This document shows, piece after piece, positions 35,903 through 46,877 of a DNA stretch of 64,000 bases. The stretch's first letter is position 1, and the number at the start of each line of letters is the position of its first letter. The translations under genes and the position numbers were made by a program. The notes below the pieces were generated by a model that saw nothing but the letters and a program-made list of their open reading frames with translations, was not told where the DNA came from and searched no databases. Origin of the DNA: a virus; the IMG/VR virus record IMGVR_UViG_3300042691_018174. The stretch is one strand, 5' to 3'.

Positions 35903-38719
35903 ATGAGTCAGGGAATTGGGCGAATTTCCGGATCATTATTAAAAGACAATCTTTTAAGAAATGGTGTTGATCTCAGTTTCGAAACTGATTTACTCTATCT
36001 AAACGTCAATGATGATAGAATTGGTATACAAACTTCGTCTCCTGCTAGATTATTAGAAATCGAAGGCAGTACCAAAACTACAGATATAATTGTTGACAAT
36101 TATATCAAAGTAACATCTAATATTATATTCGACACAGTCAGTAACATTACAACTGATTTAGGAATATTATATTTAAATTCTAATGCGACCGTAAATGCTC
36201 CAGGGTTATCTACAGATAAAATATTAATCAATAATAATAAAATATCTGTAACAACTACTGATACTGATTTAAATCTAACTCCGGCAGCTACTAAAAAAAT
36301 AATCATTAATAGTGATTTAGATGTAGACGCAAATTTACACTCTACAGGAAATATTACTCTTGGCGGAACAATTACTTTAGGATCTGACTCAACAGATCAA
36401 GTATTAATTTCTTCAGATGTAGCCAGTAACATAATTCCAGATTTAGACAATACGTATGATTTAGGTTCTGACATTGCTCCAACTCCTAAAAGATGGGGTG
36501 AAGTTTCTATCAAAGACATTACAGCAAATAATGTTTACACTAGAAATATCACTGCTGGAGGTTTAAACCTAACATACAATTTTAGTAATACATTATTTGT
36601 TTCAACAAACGGTGACGATCTTTTAAATCGAGGTAATATTTTTGTATCACCTTATAGAACATTAACAAAGGCTCTATCTGAAGCCAGTTCTGGTGATACT
36701 ATAAAAATAATGCCAGGTACTTACCAAGAAATTTTTCCATTAACTGTGCCTGAAGGAGTAAGCATTATTGGAGAGAATTTAAGATCAGTTACTATAGTTC
36801 CTACTCTTGCTACAAAAAATAATAACGCATTTCTTTTAAATGGACAGTCTACAGTTAGTAATTTAACAGTGGCTAACTTTTACAGTCCTGGACATGCATT
36901 TAGTTTTGCTTCTGGAATGAATGTAACTAGCAGAAGTCCGTATGTACAGAATGTTTCTGTTATAACACAAGGCAGTGTAACTACAGTCGATGATCCTAGA
37001 GGATTTAATCAAGGCGATGCCGGTAAAGGCGCATTAGTTGATGGTAGCGTAGTATCTGCAACTTCTAATGAAGCTAGTATGTTATTTCATAGTGTTACAT
37101 TTATTACTCCTGGAGTCAACGCACTTACTGTAACAAATGGATCAAGAGTAGAATGGTTAAGTGGTTTTACATATTTTGCCAACAACGGCATATATGCAAC
37201 ACAAGGAACTCTAGGATTCGCAGGACAAGGTGTTAAATTTGGTGCAGAAATTCGTAGTATCGCATCTGCTAATGTGTATGGTAAGAATGGTGTTGTAGCA
37301 GACGGTGCAGATGTTTTAATATATTTGATTAATCATAATTTTGGATATGTTGGTACTGACGAATTCAAAGATAACGATCAAACTCAAGTTATACAAGAAA
37401 ATGAAGTTATAGAATTAAATTCAGGAAAAATTTATTACTCTAGCCAATCTCAAAATGGTGATTTTAGAATAGGGAATAGTTTTTATGTAGACTTTACAAA
37501 AGGCAATGTTGAGTTTCCCAACTCTAATGTGATTTTTGATGATCTTAGTACAATATTATTTGAAGGTACCGGCGAAAATAGACTGATATTGAAATCAGGA
37601 TCTATAGAAATAGGTGATATTAGAATCTCTGATAACACTATAACAACTCTAAGTAGTGATTTTAATTTTGTTAGTTCTTCAGGGGAAATAAATCTATTAG
37701 AAAATACATTTTTAAATGGAAATATTGGAATTACTGGTAATTTTCAAACTGACGGAACGATATCTTTTGGCAATCAATCTAGTGATACTATAACCTTTAA
37801 TACAGAATTAGAGCAGAATTTAGACCCAAAAAACAATAATTTATATAATATAGGAAGCGATTTAAAGAGATGGCAGGACATTTGGTCAGTATCTTTAGCA
37901 GTTACTGATATAAAATTTTCATCAAATATTATAGAAACTACTGTTACAAACAGTAATATGAATATAGATTCAAACGGTACTGGATCTATTAAATTAGAAG
38001 AATTATTGTTTAAAAATTCTAATATAAGATCTCTAAGTTCTGCAGATATTATATTCGCACCAGCAAGTACGAAAAGTCTTATCATTAATAAAACTAATGC
38101 AGTTAAAATACCAAGTAATACTGTAACACTTGGCTTAACTGGACAATTGAAACTTGAATCAACTAGTGGGTATTTCCAAGGATTTAGTAGTGATCTAGTT
38201 AACTTAGGCGGGGTATATTCCAAGGATAGAAACACTAGATTTTTTGCTCATCCTACAGATAATACTTTTAGATTTGTAGCAAACAACTCTGAAACAGCAC
38301 AATTGTCAGCTACTGGTTTAACAGCTATATTATTAAATTTTGGCGATATTACAATTAATAATAATTTAATACAGTCGTCATCTACCTTATCTTTTTCGTC
38401 AGGGTCAGTAAATGCCAGCAGTCTAACTTTTTCGGGAGGTTCTATAGCTGCTCCCCAAAATTCTACTCTTACTTTAGTAACTGGCGGAACTGGTTATGTT
38501 GAATTCTCTGGAAGTTCTGCAATACAGATTCCATCAGGAACAAGAAATCAAACTCCAGAAAATCCGGTCGTTGGCATGACTCGGTTTAATATTGAAGATC
38601 TACAAGTTGAAGCATATAACGGAACTGTTTGGGTTCCTGCCGGAGGCGTCGCATCAGAAGTTGTTACTCAAGAATACGTAGAGGAACAGATAACTTTCTG
38701 GAGCTTGATTGTCGGTTAA
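35903..38719 (+). CDS. Fibre/appendage protein with pectin-lyase-like beta-helix (938 aa)
   Basis: GRISGSLLKDNLLRNGVDL N-terminus, FVSTNGDD...PYRTLTKAL...I.PGTYQEIFPL.VP.GV...G..LRSV, RSPYVQNVSV; paralogue of the next gene. Confidence 0.75.
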   Translation: MSQGIGRISGSLLKDNLLRNGVDLSFETDLLYLNVNDDRIGIQTSSPARLLEIEGSTKTTDIIVDNYIKVTSNIIFDTVSNITTDLGILYLNSNATVNAPGLSTDKILINNNKISVTTTDTDLNLTPAATKKIIINSDLDVDANLHSTGNITLGGTITLGSDSTDQVLISSDVASNIIPDLDNTYDLGSDIAPTPKRWGEVSIKDITANNVYTRNITAGGLNLTYNFSNTLFVSTNGDDLLNRGNIFVSPYRTLTKALSEASSGDTIKIMPGTYQEIFPLTVPEGVSIIGENLRSVTIVPTLATKNNNAFLLNGQSTVSNLTVANFYSPGHAFSFASGMNVTSRSPYVQNVSVITQGSVTTVDDPRGFNQGDAGKGALVDGSVVSATSNEASMLFHSVTFITPGVNALTVTNGSRVEWLSGFTYFANNGIYATQGTLGFAGQGVKFGAEIRSIASANVYGKNGVVADGADVLIYLINHNFGYVGTDEFKDNDQTQVIQENEVIELNSGKIYYSSQSQNGDFRIGNSFYVDFTKGNVEFPNSNVIFDDLSTILFEGTGENRLILKSGSIEIGDIRISDNTITTLSSDFNFVSSSGEINLLENTFLNGNIGITGNFQTDGTISFGNQSSDTITFNTELEQNLDPKNNNLYNIGSDLKRWQDIWSVSLAVTDIKFSSNIIETTVTNSNMNIDSNGTGSIKLEELLFKNSNIRSLSSADIIFAPASTKSLIINKTNAVKIPSNTVTLGLTGQLKLESTSGYFQGFSSDLVNLGGVYSKDRNTRFFAHPTDNTFRFVANNSETAQLSATGLTAILLNFGDITINNNLIQSSSTLSFSSGSVNASSLTFSGGSIAAPQNSTLTLVTGGTGYVEFSGSSAIQIPSGTRNQTPENPVVGMTRFNIEDLQVEAYNGTVWVPAGGVASEVVTQEYVEEQITFWSLIVG

Positions 38720-38732
38720 TCCTACTTTAAAC

Positions 38733-38837
38733 TAAATAATACTAATGTAAAGTTGGACCAAAAACTTTACAAATCAAACTGTGGTAAACCCGCAATGTAA
38801 GGTGGTTAACCGTGAAACACGGGGTAAGGAGTGAACT
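38733..38837 (+). promoter_or_regulatory. Late promoter box (TAAATA 38733-38) plus structured 5' leader
   Basis: Stems TGTAAAGTT/AACTTTACA, TGTGG/CCGCA and CCGTG-AAA-CACGG ahead of an AAGGAG SD. Confidence 0.55.
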
Positions 38838-41800
38838 ATGGCCGTTGGTCGAATTTCCGGTCCGTTACTCAAGGCGAATCTGCTCCGTAATGGGGTCGAT
38901 CTGGCATTTGAGACGGATCTTTTATACTTAGATGTTAACAATCTCCGCATTGGTATAAAGACCAATAACCCTACTCATGATTTACACGTTGACGGAACCA
39001 CAAGAACACAGATATTAGAAGCAACAACATCTGCCGTTGTAGGACAAACTACAATTTCTGGCAGTACAATATCCACAACAAACAACCAACTTAATCTATC
39101 GCCTGCTGGAACAGCAGCAGTAGTCTATCAGAAAAAAGCTGTAATTGACTCTATAGATTTAGAAAATAATTCTATAACAGTAAATCAATTAAACACTGAT
39201 CTAGAGTTAGAAGCCAACGGAACGGGCAAAGTAAAAGTATTTTCGGATATGTTAGTGAATGGAAACATTCACGCAACTGGTGATATCACTGCTGATGGAA
39301 ACATTGTTATTGGTGATTCAGACACTGATAGTATCAATTTCGTTGCAGATGTAGCCAGCAATATTATTCCTGATGTTACTGATTTTTACAATTTAGGTTC
39401 TCCTTCTAAACGATGGAAAGATCTCCATGTAGATACAATAAGATCAGACACACTGATTTTAATAGACGATTTACAAGTTGACGGTGTCAGCTTAGATACT
39501 AGACCAGGAAATATGTTGTTTGTAGGCACTAATGGTGATGATACACTTAGTGGCACACATCAAAATGATCCGTTTAGAACAGTTAAACATGCACTAAGCC
39601 AAGCAACTTCAGGTACTACAGTTTTAATATACCCTGGAGTTTACCAAGAAATTTTTCCTCTTACCGTACCAGCAGGAGTTACTTTAAAAGGTGTAGGCTT
39701 ACGCAGTGTAAAAATTACTCCTACTCCAGCAACTCTAGACAAAGATGCAATTTTGCTCAACGGTGAAACAACTATTGAAGATTTAACTATTGCTGATTTT
39801 AGATTTAATTCTACTAATAACACAGGATACGCATTTAAATTTGCCAGTAATTTTACTGTTACAGCCCGTAGCCCTTATATTAAAAACATTTCTGTCATAA
39901 CACAAGGAAGTACCACTACCAGTTTAGATCCAAGAGGCTTTTTATCTGGAGATGCAGGTAAAGGTGCATTTTTAGACGGTAGCATTGCAACTGCAGGATC
40001 AAAAGAAGCATCATGCTTATTTCATAGTGTGACTTTTATATGCCCTGGAGCGGATGCTATAACAGCAACTAACGGTGTTAGAATTGAGTGGTTAAATTCG
40101 TTCACATACTTCGCAGAAAAAAGCCTTTATGGTTACAGTGGGTCAACAGGATTTGCAGGACAAGGCAAAACATCGTTAAGATTAGAAAATTTAGTAGGCA
40201 CTATTGCTGCTGGCGACATACTAACTTATTACGATACTGACGGAACAACTGTTATAGCTACAGCTAATGTTGACAGTGTTGCGCCAGATGGAAAAATATT
40301 TTTAAGCGGCAAGGCTACAGGGTTCGTTACTGCTGAGGAAAGAGGCGGAAAAACTATTATAGCCAATGGCGACGCAAAATTAAGTCAAAGCATCAAAAAA
40401 TTTGGATCCGCAAGTTTGTCATTAGATGGTACAGGCGACTATGTCACAGTACCAAGCACAGCAGATTTTAATTTTGGAACTGGAGATTTTACAATAGAGT
40501 GCTGGATATATAGAAGCATATCTAACGTACAACATAACATATTTGATTTTAGAACAACCAATACACAAAATGCTCCCGTAGTCTACATTCAAAATACTAA
40601 CCAGTTAACATATTACGTTAATGGTTCTATTAGGATTACAGGAACAACAGTATCAACAGGTGTGTGGCATCACGTTGCCCTGTCAAGACAAGGAACGTCT
40701 ACAAAATTATTCTTTAACGGAGCTCAAGTTGGTTCTACATGGACTGATACAACTAACTATATTCAATCTCCGTTAACTATCGGTTCTAGATTTGACGGCA
40801 TATCTGGAAACTTTAATGGGTACATTGACGATTTAAGAATTATCAAAGGAGTTGGTCTTTACACAACTACCTTCCCAGCGCCAACTACTCGAGCATTTGT
40901 TACACCTGAAACTGTATTAATGGCTCGATTTGATGGGGCAGACAACTCAACTGTTTTTGAAGACGATGTTGTTTACACACAAGATATTAGATCAAACAAT
41001 GGCGCTACAGCTACAAAAATTTCCTTAACTGATTTTAGTGATTTTGGGGTAGAAGTTCGAAGCATTGCCAGCGCATCAATATATGGTGAGTCAGGAGCAG
41101 TAGGTAATGGTGAAGGCGTAGTAATGTACTTAATTGGCCACAATATGGCCTACGTCGGAACACAGTATAGAACTGATAACGATAACACATATGTTGTACA
41201 AGCCAACGAAGTAATAACATCAAATAACGCAAAAATATATTATTCCAGCGTAGATCATAAAGGTGATTTTAGAGTTGGTGATTTATTCTATGTGGATCAA
41301 GCTAATGGAACTGTAAACTTTACTTCGGCCACATTTAATCTCTCCAGCACTCAAGGAATAACTTTAGTTGATGGATCAAATGTTACGTTCTTAGATGGAA
41401 ATAAGATTGAGACAGGAAATTTAAGATTATCTGGCAACACTTTAGAATCTATCACTGGCGATATTAATATTGATGCAGCGTCTAGTCAGATTAATATGAA
41501 CACTAACGTTAATATTTCTGGCAATTTAGATGTTACTGGAAATGTTACAATTGGTGGAAATATTATTATTGGTGATCAAAACACTGATAGTATTAATTTT
41601 GTAGGTGGAATAACTAGTGATCTAATTCCTAATGCTAACAATACATATGACATTGGTTCAGACCCACTTAGATGGAAAGATGTTTATGCTTATCAACTAA
41701 ATGTAGGCAATTTAACAGTTACCAATAACAACATCACCACCCCAGTAACCAATGGAAATATAGAAATATCTGCCAATGGTACTGGATTTCTGTCTATAGA

Positions 41801-42557
41801 TAATTTAGAAATACAAGATTCAGAAATACGTTCTATATCAAATTCAGACATTACTCTAACGCCAAACGGTTCAGGAATGGTAGTAATTGATTCTACAGTT
41901 AGCTTAAAAATTCCTGTAGGAATTTCTAATGATCGTCCACTGACTCCTCAAAGCGGAATGATTAGATTCAATTCTACTTTGAATAGATACGAAGGTTATA
42001 ACGGCACATCTTGGGTATTTTTAGATGGCATCAGTGATTTAGATGGAAACACATATGTAACAGCAGAATTAACCCCGGGAGCTAATGATAACACCATTAG
42101 ATTCTATGCTGATGGTAACTTGGTAGCAAACGTAAATCAAAATGGTTTTACCATTCCTAAAATAAATGTCGACGATATTGTAATTGACAATAATTCTATC
42201 AGCAATACTGCATCTAATACGTTAAGTATACAGACCACTGGAAATGTTACTATTAACAATTTTTCTCTAAGTGGAACCACGATTACAAATACGGTAAATA
42301 ACAGTATAACTTCATTCGTGACCACTGGAACAGGATATTTCAGTGTTCCAGGAACAGGAGCAATGGTAATTCCGTCAGGCGTTAGCATTGATAGACCAGG
42401 AAACGCAGTAGTCGGAATGATGAGATTTGACACGATTAATAATCGATTAGAAGTTTACGATGGACTTAATTGGATTTCAGCAGCAGGATCAGCAGTAGGT
42501 ATTACAAGACCTGAAGCAGAGGATATTGCAGTCGGAATAGCACTTATATTTGGATAA
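38838..42557 (+). CDS. Fibre/appendage protein with beta-helix and inserted LamG/ConA-like domain (1239 aa)
   Basis: Colinear with 35903-38719; extra FGTGDFTIECWIY...WHHVALSR...FNGYIDDLRI segment. Confidence 0.8.
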   Translation: MAVGRISGPLLKANLLRNGVDLAFETDLLYLDVNNLRIGIKTNNPTHDLHVDGTTRTQILEATTSAVVGQTTISGSTISTTNNQLNLSPAGTAAVVYQKKAVIDSIDLENNSITVNQLNTDLELEANGTGKVKVFSDMLVNGNIHATGDITADGNIVIGDSDTDSINFVADVASNIIPDVTDFYNLGSPSKRWKDLHVDTIRSDTLILIDDLQVDGVSLDTRPGNMLFVGTNGDDTLSGTHQNDPFRTVKHALSQATSGTTVLIYPGVYQEIFPLTVPAGVTLKGVGLRSVKITPTPATLDKDAILLNGETTIEDLTIADFRFNSTNNTGYAFKFASNFTVTARSPYIKNISVITQGSTTTSLDPRGFLSGDAGKGAFLDGSIATAGSKEASCLFHSVTFICPGADAITATNGVRIEWLNSFTYFAEKSLYGYSGSTGFAGQGKTSLRLENLVGTIAAGDILTYYDTDGTTVIATANVDSVAPDGKIFLSGKATGFVTAEERGGKTIIANGDAKLSQSIKKFGSASLSLDGTGDYVTVPSTADFNFGTGDFTIECWIYRSISNVQHNIFDFRTTNTQNAPVVYIQNTNQLTYYVNGSIRITGTTVSTGVWHHVALSRQGTSTKLFFNGAQVGSTWTDTTNYIQSPLTIGSRFDGISGNFNGYIDDLRIIKGVGLYTTTFPAPTTRAFVTPETVLMARFDGADNSTVFEDDVVYTQDIRSNNGATATKISLTDFSDFGVEVRSIASASIYGESGAVGNGEGVVMYLIGHNMAYVGTQYRTDNDNTYVVQANEVITSNNAKIYYSSVDHKGDFRVGDLFYVDQANGTVNFTSATFNLSSTQGITLVDGSNVTFLDGNKIETGNLRLSGNTLESITGDINIDAASSQINMNTNVNISGNLDVTGNVTIGGNIIIGDQNTDSINFVGGITSDLIPNANNTYDIGSDPLRWKDVYAYQLNVGNLTVTNNNITTPVTNGNIEISANGTGFLSIDNLEIQDSEIRSISNSDITLTPNGSGMVVIDSTVSLKIPVGISNDRPLTPQSGMIRFNSTLNRYEGYNGTSWVFLDGISDLDGNTYVTAELTPGANDNTIRFYADGNLVANVNQNGFTIPKINVDDIVIDNNSISNTASNTLSIQTTGNVTINNFSLSGTTITNTVNNSITSFVTTGTGYFSVPGTGAMVIPSGVSIDRPGNAVVGMMRFDTINNRLEVYDGLNWISAAGSAVGITRPEAEDIAVGIALIFG

Positions 42558-42560
42558 AAA

Positions 42561-42890
42561 ATGGCAACATATTTAAGAACAACTGTTAGTACAAATATTG
42601 GAACTTCACCAGTGAACGTAGTAACTGCCGGAGCAAACAGCAGACTAACTGTTATTGGCTGCAACTTAGCTAATAAGGTCGCAGAAAATATTAAAATTGA
42701 TGTATTCGTAATTGCAGCTAATGGTACTTCTGGATATTATATTAAAGGGTTAATTATACCAATGAATGCCAGTATTAAATTAATTACCAACGGGGAAAAA
42801 TTAGTCTTGGCGGAAAATTGTATTTTAAGAATAGTTTCAGACACTGCTAGTAGTGTAGATGCTGTAGTAAGTTACGCTGAAATTATATAA
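42561..42890 (+). CDS. Small beta-rich virion protein (109 aa)
   Basis: Paralogue of 34819-35151. Confidence 0.65.
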   Translation: MATYLRTTVSTNIGTSPVNVVTAGANSRLTVIGCNLANKVAENIKIDVFVIAANGTSGYYIKGLIIPMNASIKLITNGEKLVLAENCILRIVSDTASSVDAVVSYAEII

Positions 42891-42900
42891 GGAAAAATAA

Positions 42901-43254
42901 ATGAGCAATTATGTTTTTGGAAATGATTCTGCAACATTATTAGGTAACGAACCTAGATATTTCTATGCTCTAAGAAGAACTCAAGATGGTGACTTATATG
43001 TTTCAAGAGTTGATCAATTAGACGGTGATACTATAGAAGTAAATAATCCAGGTGATGCAGAAAACAATTACGAAAAATTTACAGTTGGTATTGACTTGCT
43101 TAACGGCATTGCTGCCAATAGAGAAAAAATTTATCCTAATTTAAAATTTGATCAATTTCGTTGGGATGATAAATTTTTGAGTTATTACATTAACTCTGAC
43201 GGAGAACTTGTTGTGAAAATTGGTAAGTCTTATAACTATACCAACAACGTATAA
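42901..43254 (+). CDS. Virion-associated hypothetical protein (117 aa)
   Basis: FYALRRTQDGDLY and YYINSDGELVV repeated hairpin motifs; operon context with AAGGA SD. Confidence 0.65.
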   Translation: MSNYVFGNDSATLLGNEPRYFYALRRTQDGDLYVSRVDQLDGDTIEVNNPGDAENNYEKFTVGIDLLNGIAANREKIYPNLKFDQFRWDDKFLSYYINSDGELVVKIGKSYNYTNNV

Positions 43255-43274
43255 GATAGAAAAAGGATATTAAA

Positions 43275-46200
43275 ATGGCCGAGTTTAAAATAGGTAGATT
43301 AAAGTTTGTTTGGAGAGGTGTTTGGACCACTGGGTACGACTATGTTAAAGATGATGTAGTCAGAGTTGGTGGATCGTCTTATGTATGTATTGATGGACAT
43401 ACTTCAGCAGCAGCGTTTGCTACTGATTCAGCAAAATGGGACAAGATGCAGGAAGGTATCTTATTCAAAAGTAGCTGGGCACCGACTACAATTTATGATA
43501 TTAATGACATTGTTGTTTACGGCGGAATTGGTTATATTGTAACTACTGCGCACACTTCAACTTCTACTTTTGATCCTACTAAATTCCAAACTTTAGTTAA
43601 AGGTTTCGATTACAAAACAACTTGGACTGCGGCAGTACTTTATAAATTAAACGATTTAGTTAGATACGGTCCAAACGTCTATCTTTGCACCACTACACAT
43701 ACTAGTACTTCAACATTTGATGATACCAAGTGGAGTTTATTTGTTCCAGGATTAGAATTTGAAGATAGTTGGAGTAATTCTACTGTTTATCAGATTGGTG
43801 ACATTGTAACTTACGGCGGATACTCTTATATTTCTCTACAAAATCACACTGGACAAACACCAAGTACTGCATCTTCATATTGGGAAATTTTAACTACTGG
43901 TTATAAAAATGAGGGAGTATGGTCGGCTGTTTCTGCCTATAGAGTTGGAATGGTCGTACAGTACGGTGGTAACAGCTATGAATGTATTGCAGACAATACT
44001 AATCAAGTTCCCACTAACGCTACGTATTGGAAACTGTTAATACAAGGATTAAATTTCTTAGGTAGCTGGACTTCAGGACAAACTTATAGACCAAATGATG
44101 TTGTTTCTTATGGTAGCAGCACTTACAGAGTTAAAGTAACCCATACTGCTGATAATACTGGTGCTCTAAGACCAGATCTAGACATTGGTGGTGTTAATTA
44201 TGGATTATTAGCTGAAGGTGACAGTAACTATGTTACATTGAATCGCGGTGATATGATTGCACGTGGTGCAAGTGCAAACTATAATATTCCGCTTGGTGCT
44301 GTAGGAAAAGTATTAAGATCTGATGGAACAGATCCTGTTTGGGAATATTTAAATGTAGTAGATAAAGTTTATTATGTAACCCCAGATGGTGTAGACGCCG
44401 CTGGTCGTGGAGATACGCTGGATAGACCTTGGAGAACTATTCGATATGCTTGTCAAAACGTAACAGGCCCAGCAACTATTAATATTAAAACAGGAACTTA
44501 TGAAGAAATATTACCTATCAGTGTACCTGCAAATGTATCTTTGGTTGGCGATGAATTAAGAACTGTTATAGTAACTCCTGCTTCTGGTTATCAAACCAAC
44601 AACATGTTCTATTTAAGAAATGGAACTAACCTTAGAAATATTACCATGACAGGTCTAGTTAATACATTAACTGCACCACTTCCTTCTGGAACTAGAAGAA
44701 CACAAAATTCATTTGTAAGTTTAGACCCAGGAACAGGACCAACAGACAATACAGTTTGGATTACTTCAAAATCTCCATATGTACAGAACTGTTCATCATT
44801 TGGTACTGCTGTGTGCGGTATGAAAGTTGATGGAGATTTACATAACGGCGGTAACAAGTCTATTGTTGCTAACGACTTTACTAACATTATTGACAATGGT
44901 ATTGGTATTTGGCTTAATGGTAAAGGTAAAGCAGAACTAGTTTCTGTGTTTACTTATTACTGTTACATTGGTTATCTATGTACTAACGGTGGAACTATCC
45001 GAGGTGTTAATGGTAACAACTCATACGGTGAGTTTGGAGCAGTATCAGAAGAAGGAGATCCAACTGAGACTCCACAGACTGGTACTGTTAACAATAGAAA
45101 TAATGAAGCAATTGTTGGTGCAGTATTAGCAGGCGGTAGCGAAATTATAATTTTAGAAATTAAAAATGGCGGTGAATCATATACTAGTGCATCAGTTATA
45201 GTGTCTGGAAATGGTGCAGGAGCCAACGTTACTCCTGTATTTGCAGACGATGCTATTTCTAGAGTAGATGTAGGCTTGTCAGGTGCTAATCATAAATTTG
45301 CATTAAACAACGCACAAACTGGAACTACTACCACAATAACGTTAGGGGTAACAGACGTAACACCAACAAATGCTTATAACGGAATGAGAATAACAATTGT
45401 TGATGGTACTGGTGCAGGACAAACTGGCGTAATCACTGCATATAACGGCGGAACAAAATTAGCAACTGTTGTTAAAGAAGATGGGTCACCAGGATGGGAT
45501 CATTTAATAGTTGGAACTCCGATAGTTTCCGTATTAGATGAAACTTCTAGATATAGAATTGAACCACGTGTTACACTAGTAGGTGGTGCAGCTCCTACTA
45601 CACCTGCAAAATTACGAGCAGTTGTTGAAGCAGGCGAAGTAATTGCTATCCATATATTAGATGGCGGTGCAGGCTATAATACTTCAAATTTACCAGCAGT
45701 AGTAATTACTGATCCAAATGCTACAATTTTAGCAACAGCTACGCTATTAGTTAAAGATGGTGCTATCGCTAAATTTAACTATGTTAACAGAGGTATTTCT
45801 TATACAACAGCCACTGCTACTATAACTGGTAATGGTTTTGCGGATATTCAACAAACTGGTGGATATTTATTTGTGGACGGATTATCACAAATACCTAGAG
45901 GCGGTAGCAATATTATTCTAACTGGGCAAGCGACAACTTATAGAGTTGTTGCTATAACAGACGTCGCAGGAACCTCTCCAAATATTAGCGGAAGAATTAG
46001 AATTAGTCCTTATATTTCTACAGCACCAGCACATGGGTCAACTGTTACTATAACTGAAAAATATTCTAATGTTAGACTTACTGGACATGATTTCTTAAAC
46101 ATTGGTACTGGCGGGGTTTCTACAACAAACTATCCAAATTTACCAACACAGAATCCAGATCAAGCAGACGAAGTTATTGAATATAACGGCGGTCGTGTGT

Positions 46201-46862
46201 TCTATACCAGTACTGACCAAGATGGTAACTTTAGAGTTGGTGAATTATTTAGAGTCGAACAGGCCACTGGTATTGCCACATTGAATGCTGATGCGTTTAA
46301 TTTGAGCGGTTTGAATGAATTACAATTAGGGTCTGTAGCATTAGGTGGAACAGGCGTAAGCATTAGAGAATTCAGTGCTGATCCATTATTAACTGCTAAC
46401 AGTGACGCTATTGTGCCAACGCAAAAAGCAATTAAAACTTTCGTAGAAAATATTATTGGTGCTGGCGGTTCTAATATTAGTGCAACAAGTTTAACATTAG
46501 GCGGTATGGTAATATCAAATAATACTATACAGTCCTCAGGTGATAATGACTTAGTATTAGATACTACTGGGTCAGGTAAGGTTGTGGTATTCAATAAAAT
46601 ACCCACCACATCAGTAGCACCAACATTAGGAACACATTTAACAAATAAAACCTATACTGATTATACATATGCTCCAACTGTTCAAGGTGTATCTTTAGAT
46701 ATTAGTACTGGAAGAATTTCTTATGTAGAGGAACACGGAGACAGTGTTAATACTATAGGCCAGGATTCAAATTCTAAAAATTATAGATATGAAACATTTA
46801 TTGGACAATTGAGATCCAACATGTCAATTGACAACAACGGACATTTGATAATTACATTATAA
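43275..46862 (+). CDS. Fibre protein with tandem CBM5/12-like repeats and a beta-helix (1195 aa)
   Basis: Six W...Y..xDxVxYGG..Y.C...HTS repeats, then YYVTPDG...PWRTIRYA...GTYEEILP...SPYVQNCS, with GxGY repeats. Confidence 0.75.
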   Translation: MAEFKIGRLKFVWRGVWTTGYDYVKDDVVRVGGSSYVCIDGHTSAAAFATDSAKWDKMQEGILFKSSWAPTTIYDINDIVVYGGIGYIVTTAHTSTSTFDPTKFQTLVKGFDYKTTWTAAVLYKLNDLVRYGPNVYLCTTTHTSTSTFDDTKWSLFVPGLEFEDSWSNSTVYQIGDIVTYGGYSYISLQNHTGQTPSTASSYWEILTTGYKNEGVWSAVSAYRVGMVVQYGGNSYECIADNTNQVPTNATYWKLLIQGLNFLGSWTSGQTYRPNDVVSYGSSTYRVKVTHTADNTGALRPDLDIGGVNYGLLAEGDSNYVTLNRGDMIARGASANYNIPLGAVGKVLRSDGTDPVWEYLNVVDKVYYVTPDGVDAAGRGDTLDRPWRTIRYACQNVTGPATINIKTGTYEEILPISVPANVSLVGDELRTVIVTPASGYQTNNMFYLRNGTNLRNITMTGLVNTLTAPLPSGTRRTQNSFVSLDPGTGPTDNTVWITSKSPYVQNCSSFGTAVCGMKVDGDLHNGGNKSIVANDFTNIIDNGIGIWLNGKGKAELVSVFTYYCYIGYLCTNGGTIRGVNGNNSYGEFGAVSEEGDPTETPQTGTVNNRNNEAIVGAVLAGGSEIIILEIKNGGESYTSASVIVSGNGAGANVTPVFADDAISRVDVGLSGANHKFALNNAQTGTTTTITLGVTDVTPTNAYNGMRITIVDGTGAGQTGVITAYNGGTKLATVVKEDGSPGWDHLIVGTPIVSVLDETSRYRIEPRVTLVGGAAPTTPAKLRAVVEAGEVIAIHILDGGAGYNTSNLPAVVITDPNATILATATLLVKDGAIAKFNYVNRGISYTTATATITGNGFADIQQTGGYLFVDGLSQIPRGGSNIILTGQATTYRVVAITDVAGTSPNISGRIRISPYISTAPAHGSTVTITEKYSNVRLTGHDFLNIGTGGVSTTNYPNLPTQNPDQADEVIEYNGGRVFYTSTDQDGNFRVGELFRVEQATGIATLNADAFNLSGLNELQLGSVALGGTGVSIREFSADPLLTANSDAIVPTQKAIKTFVENIIGAGGSNISATSLTLGGMVISNNTIQSSGDNDLVLDTTGSGKVVVFNKIPTTSVAPTLGTHLTNKTYTDYTYAPTVQGVSLDISTGRISYVEEHGDSVNTIGQDSNSKNYRYETFIGQLRSNMSIDNNGHLIITL

Positions 46863-46877
46863 AAATAAGGAACAAAG

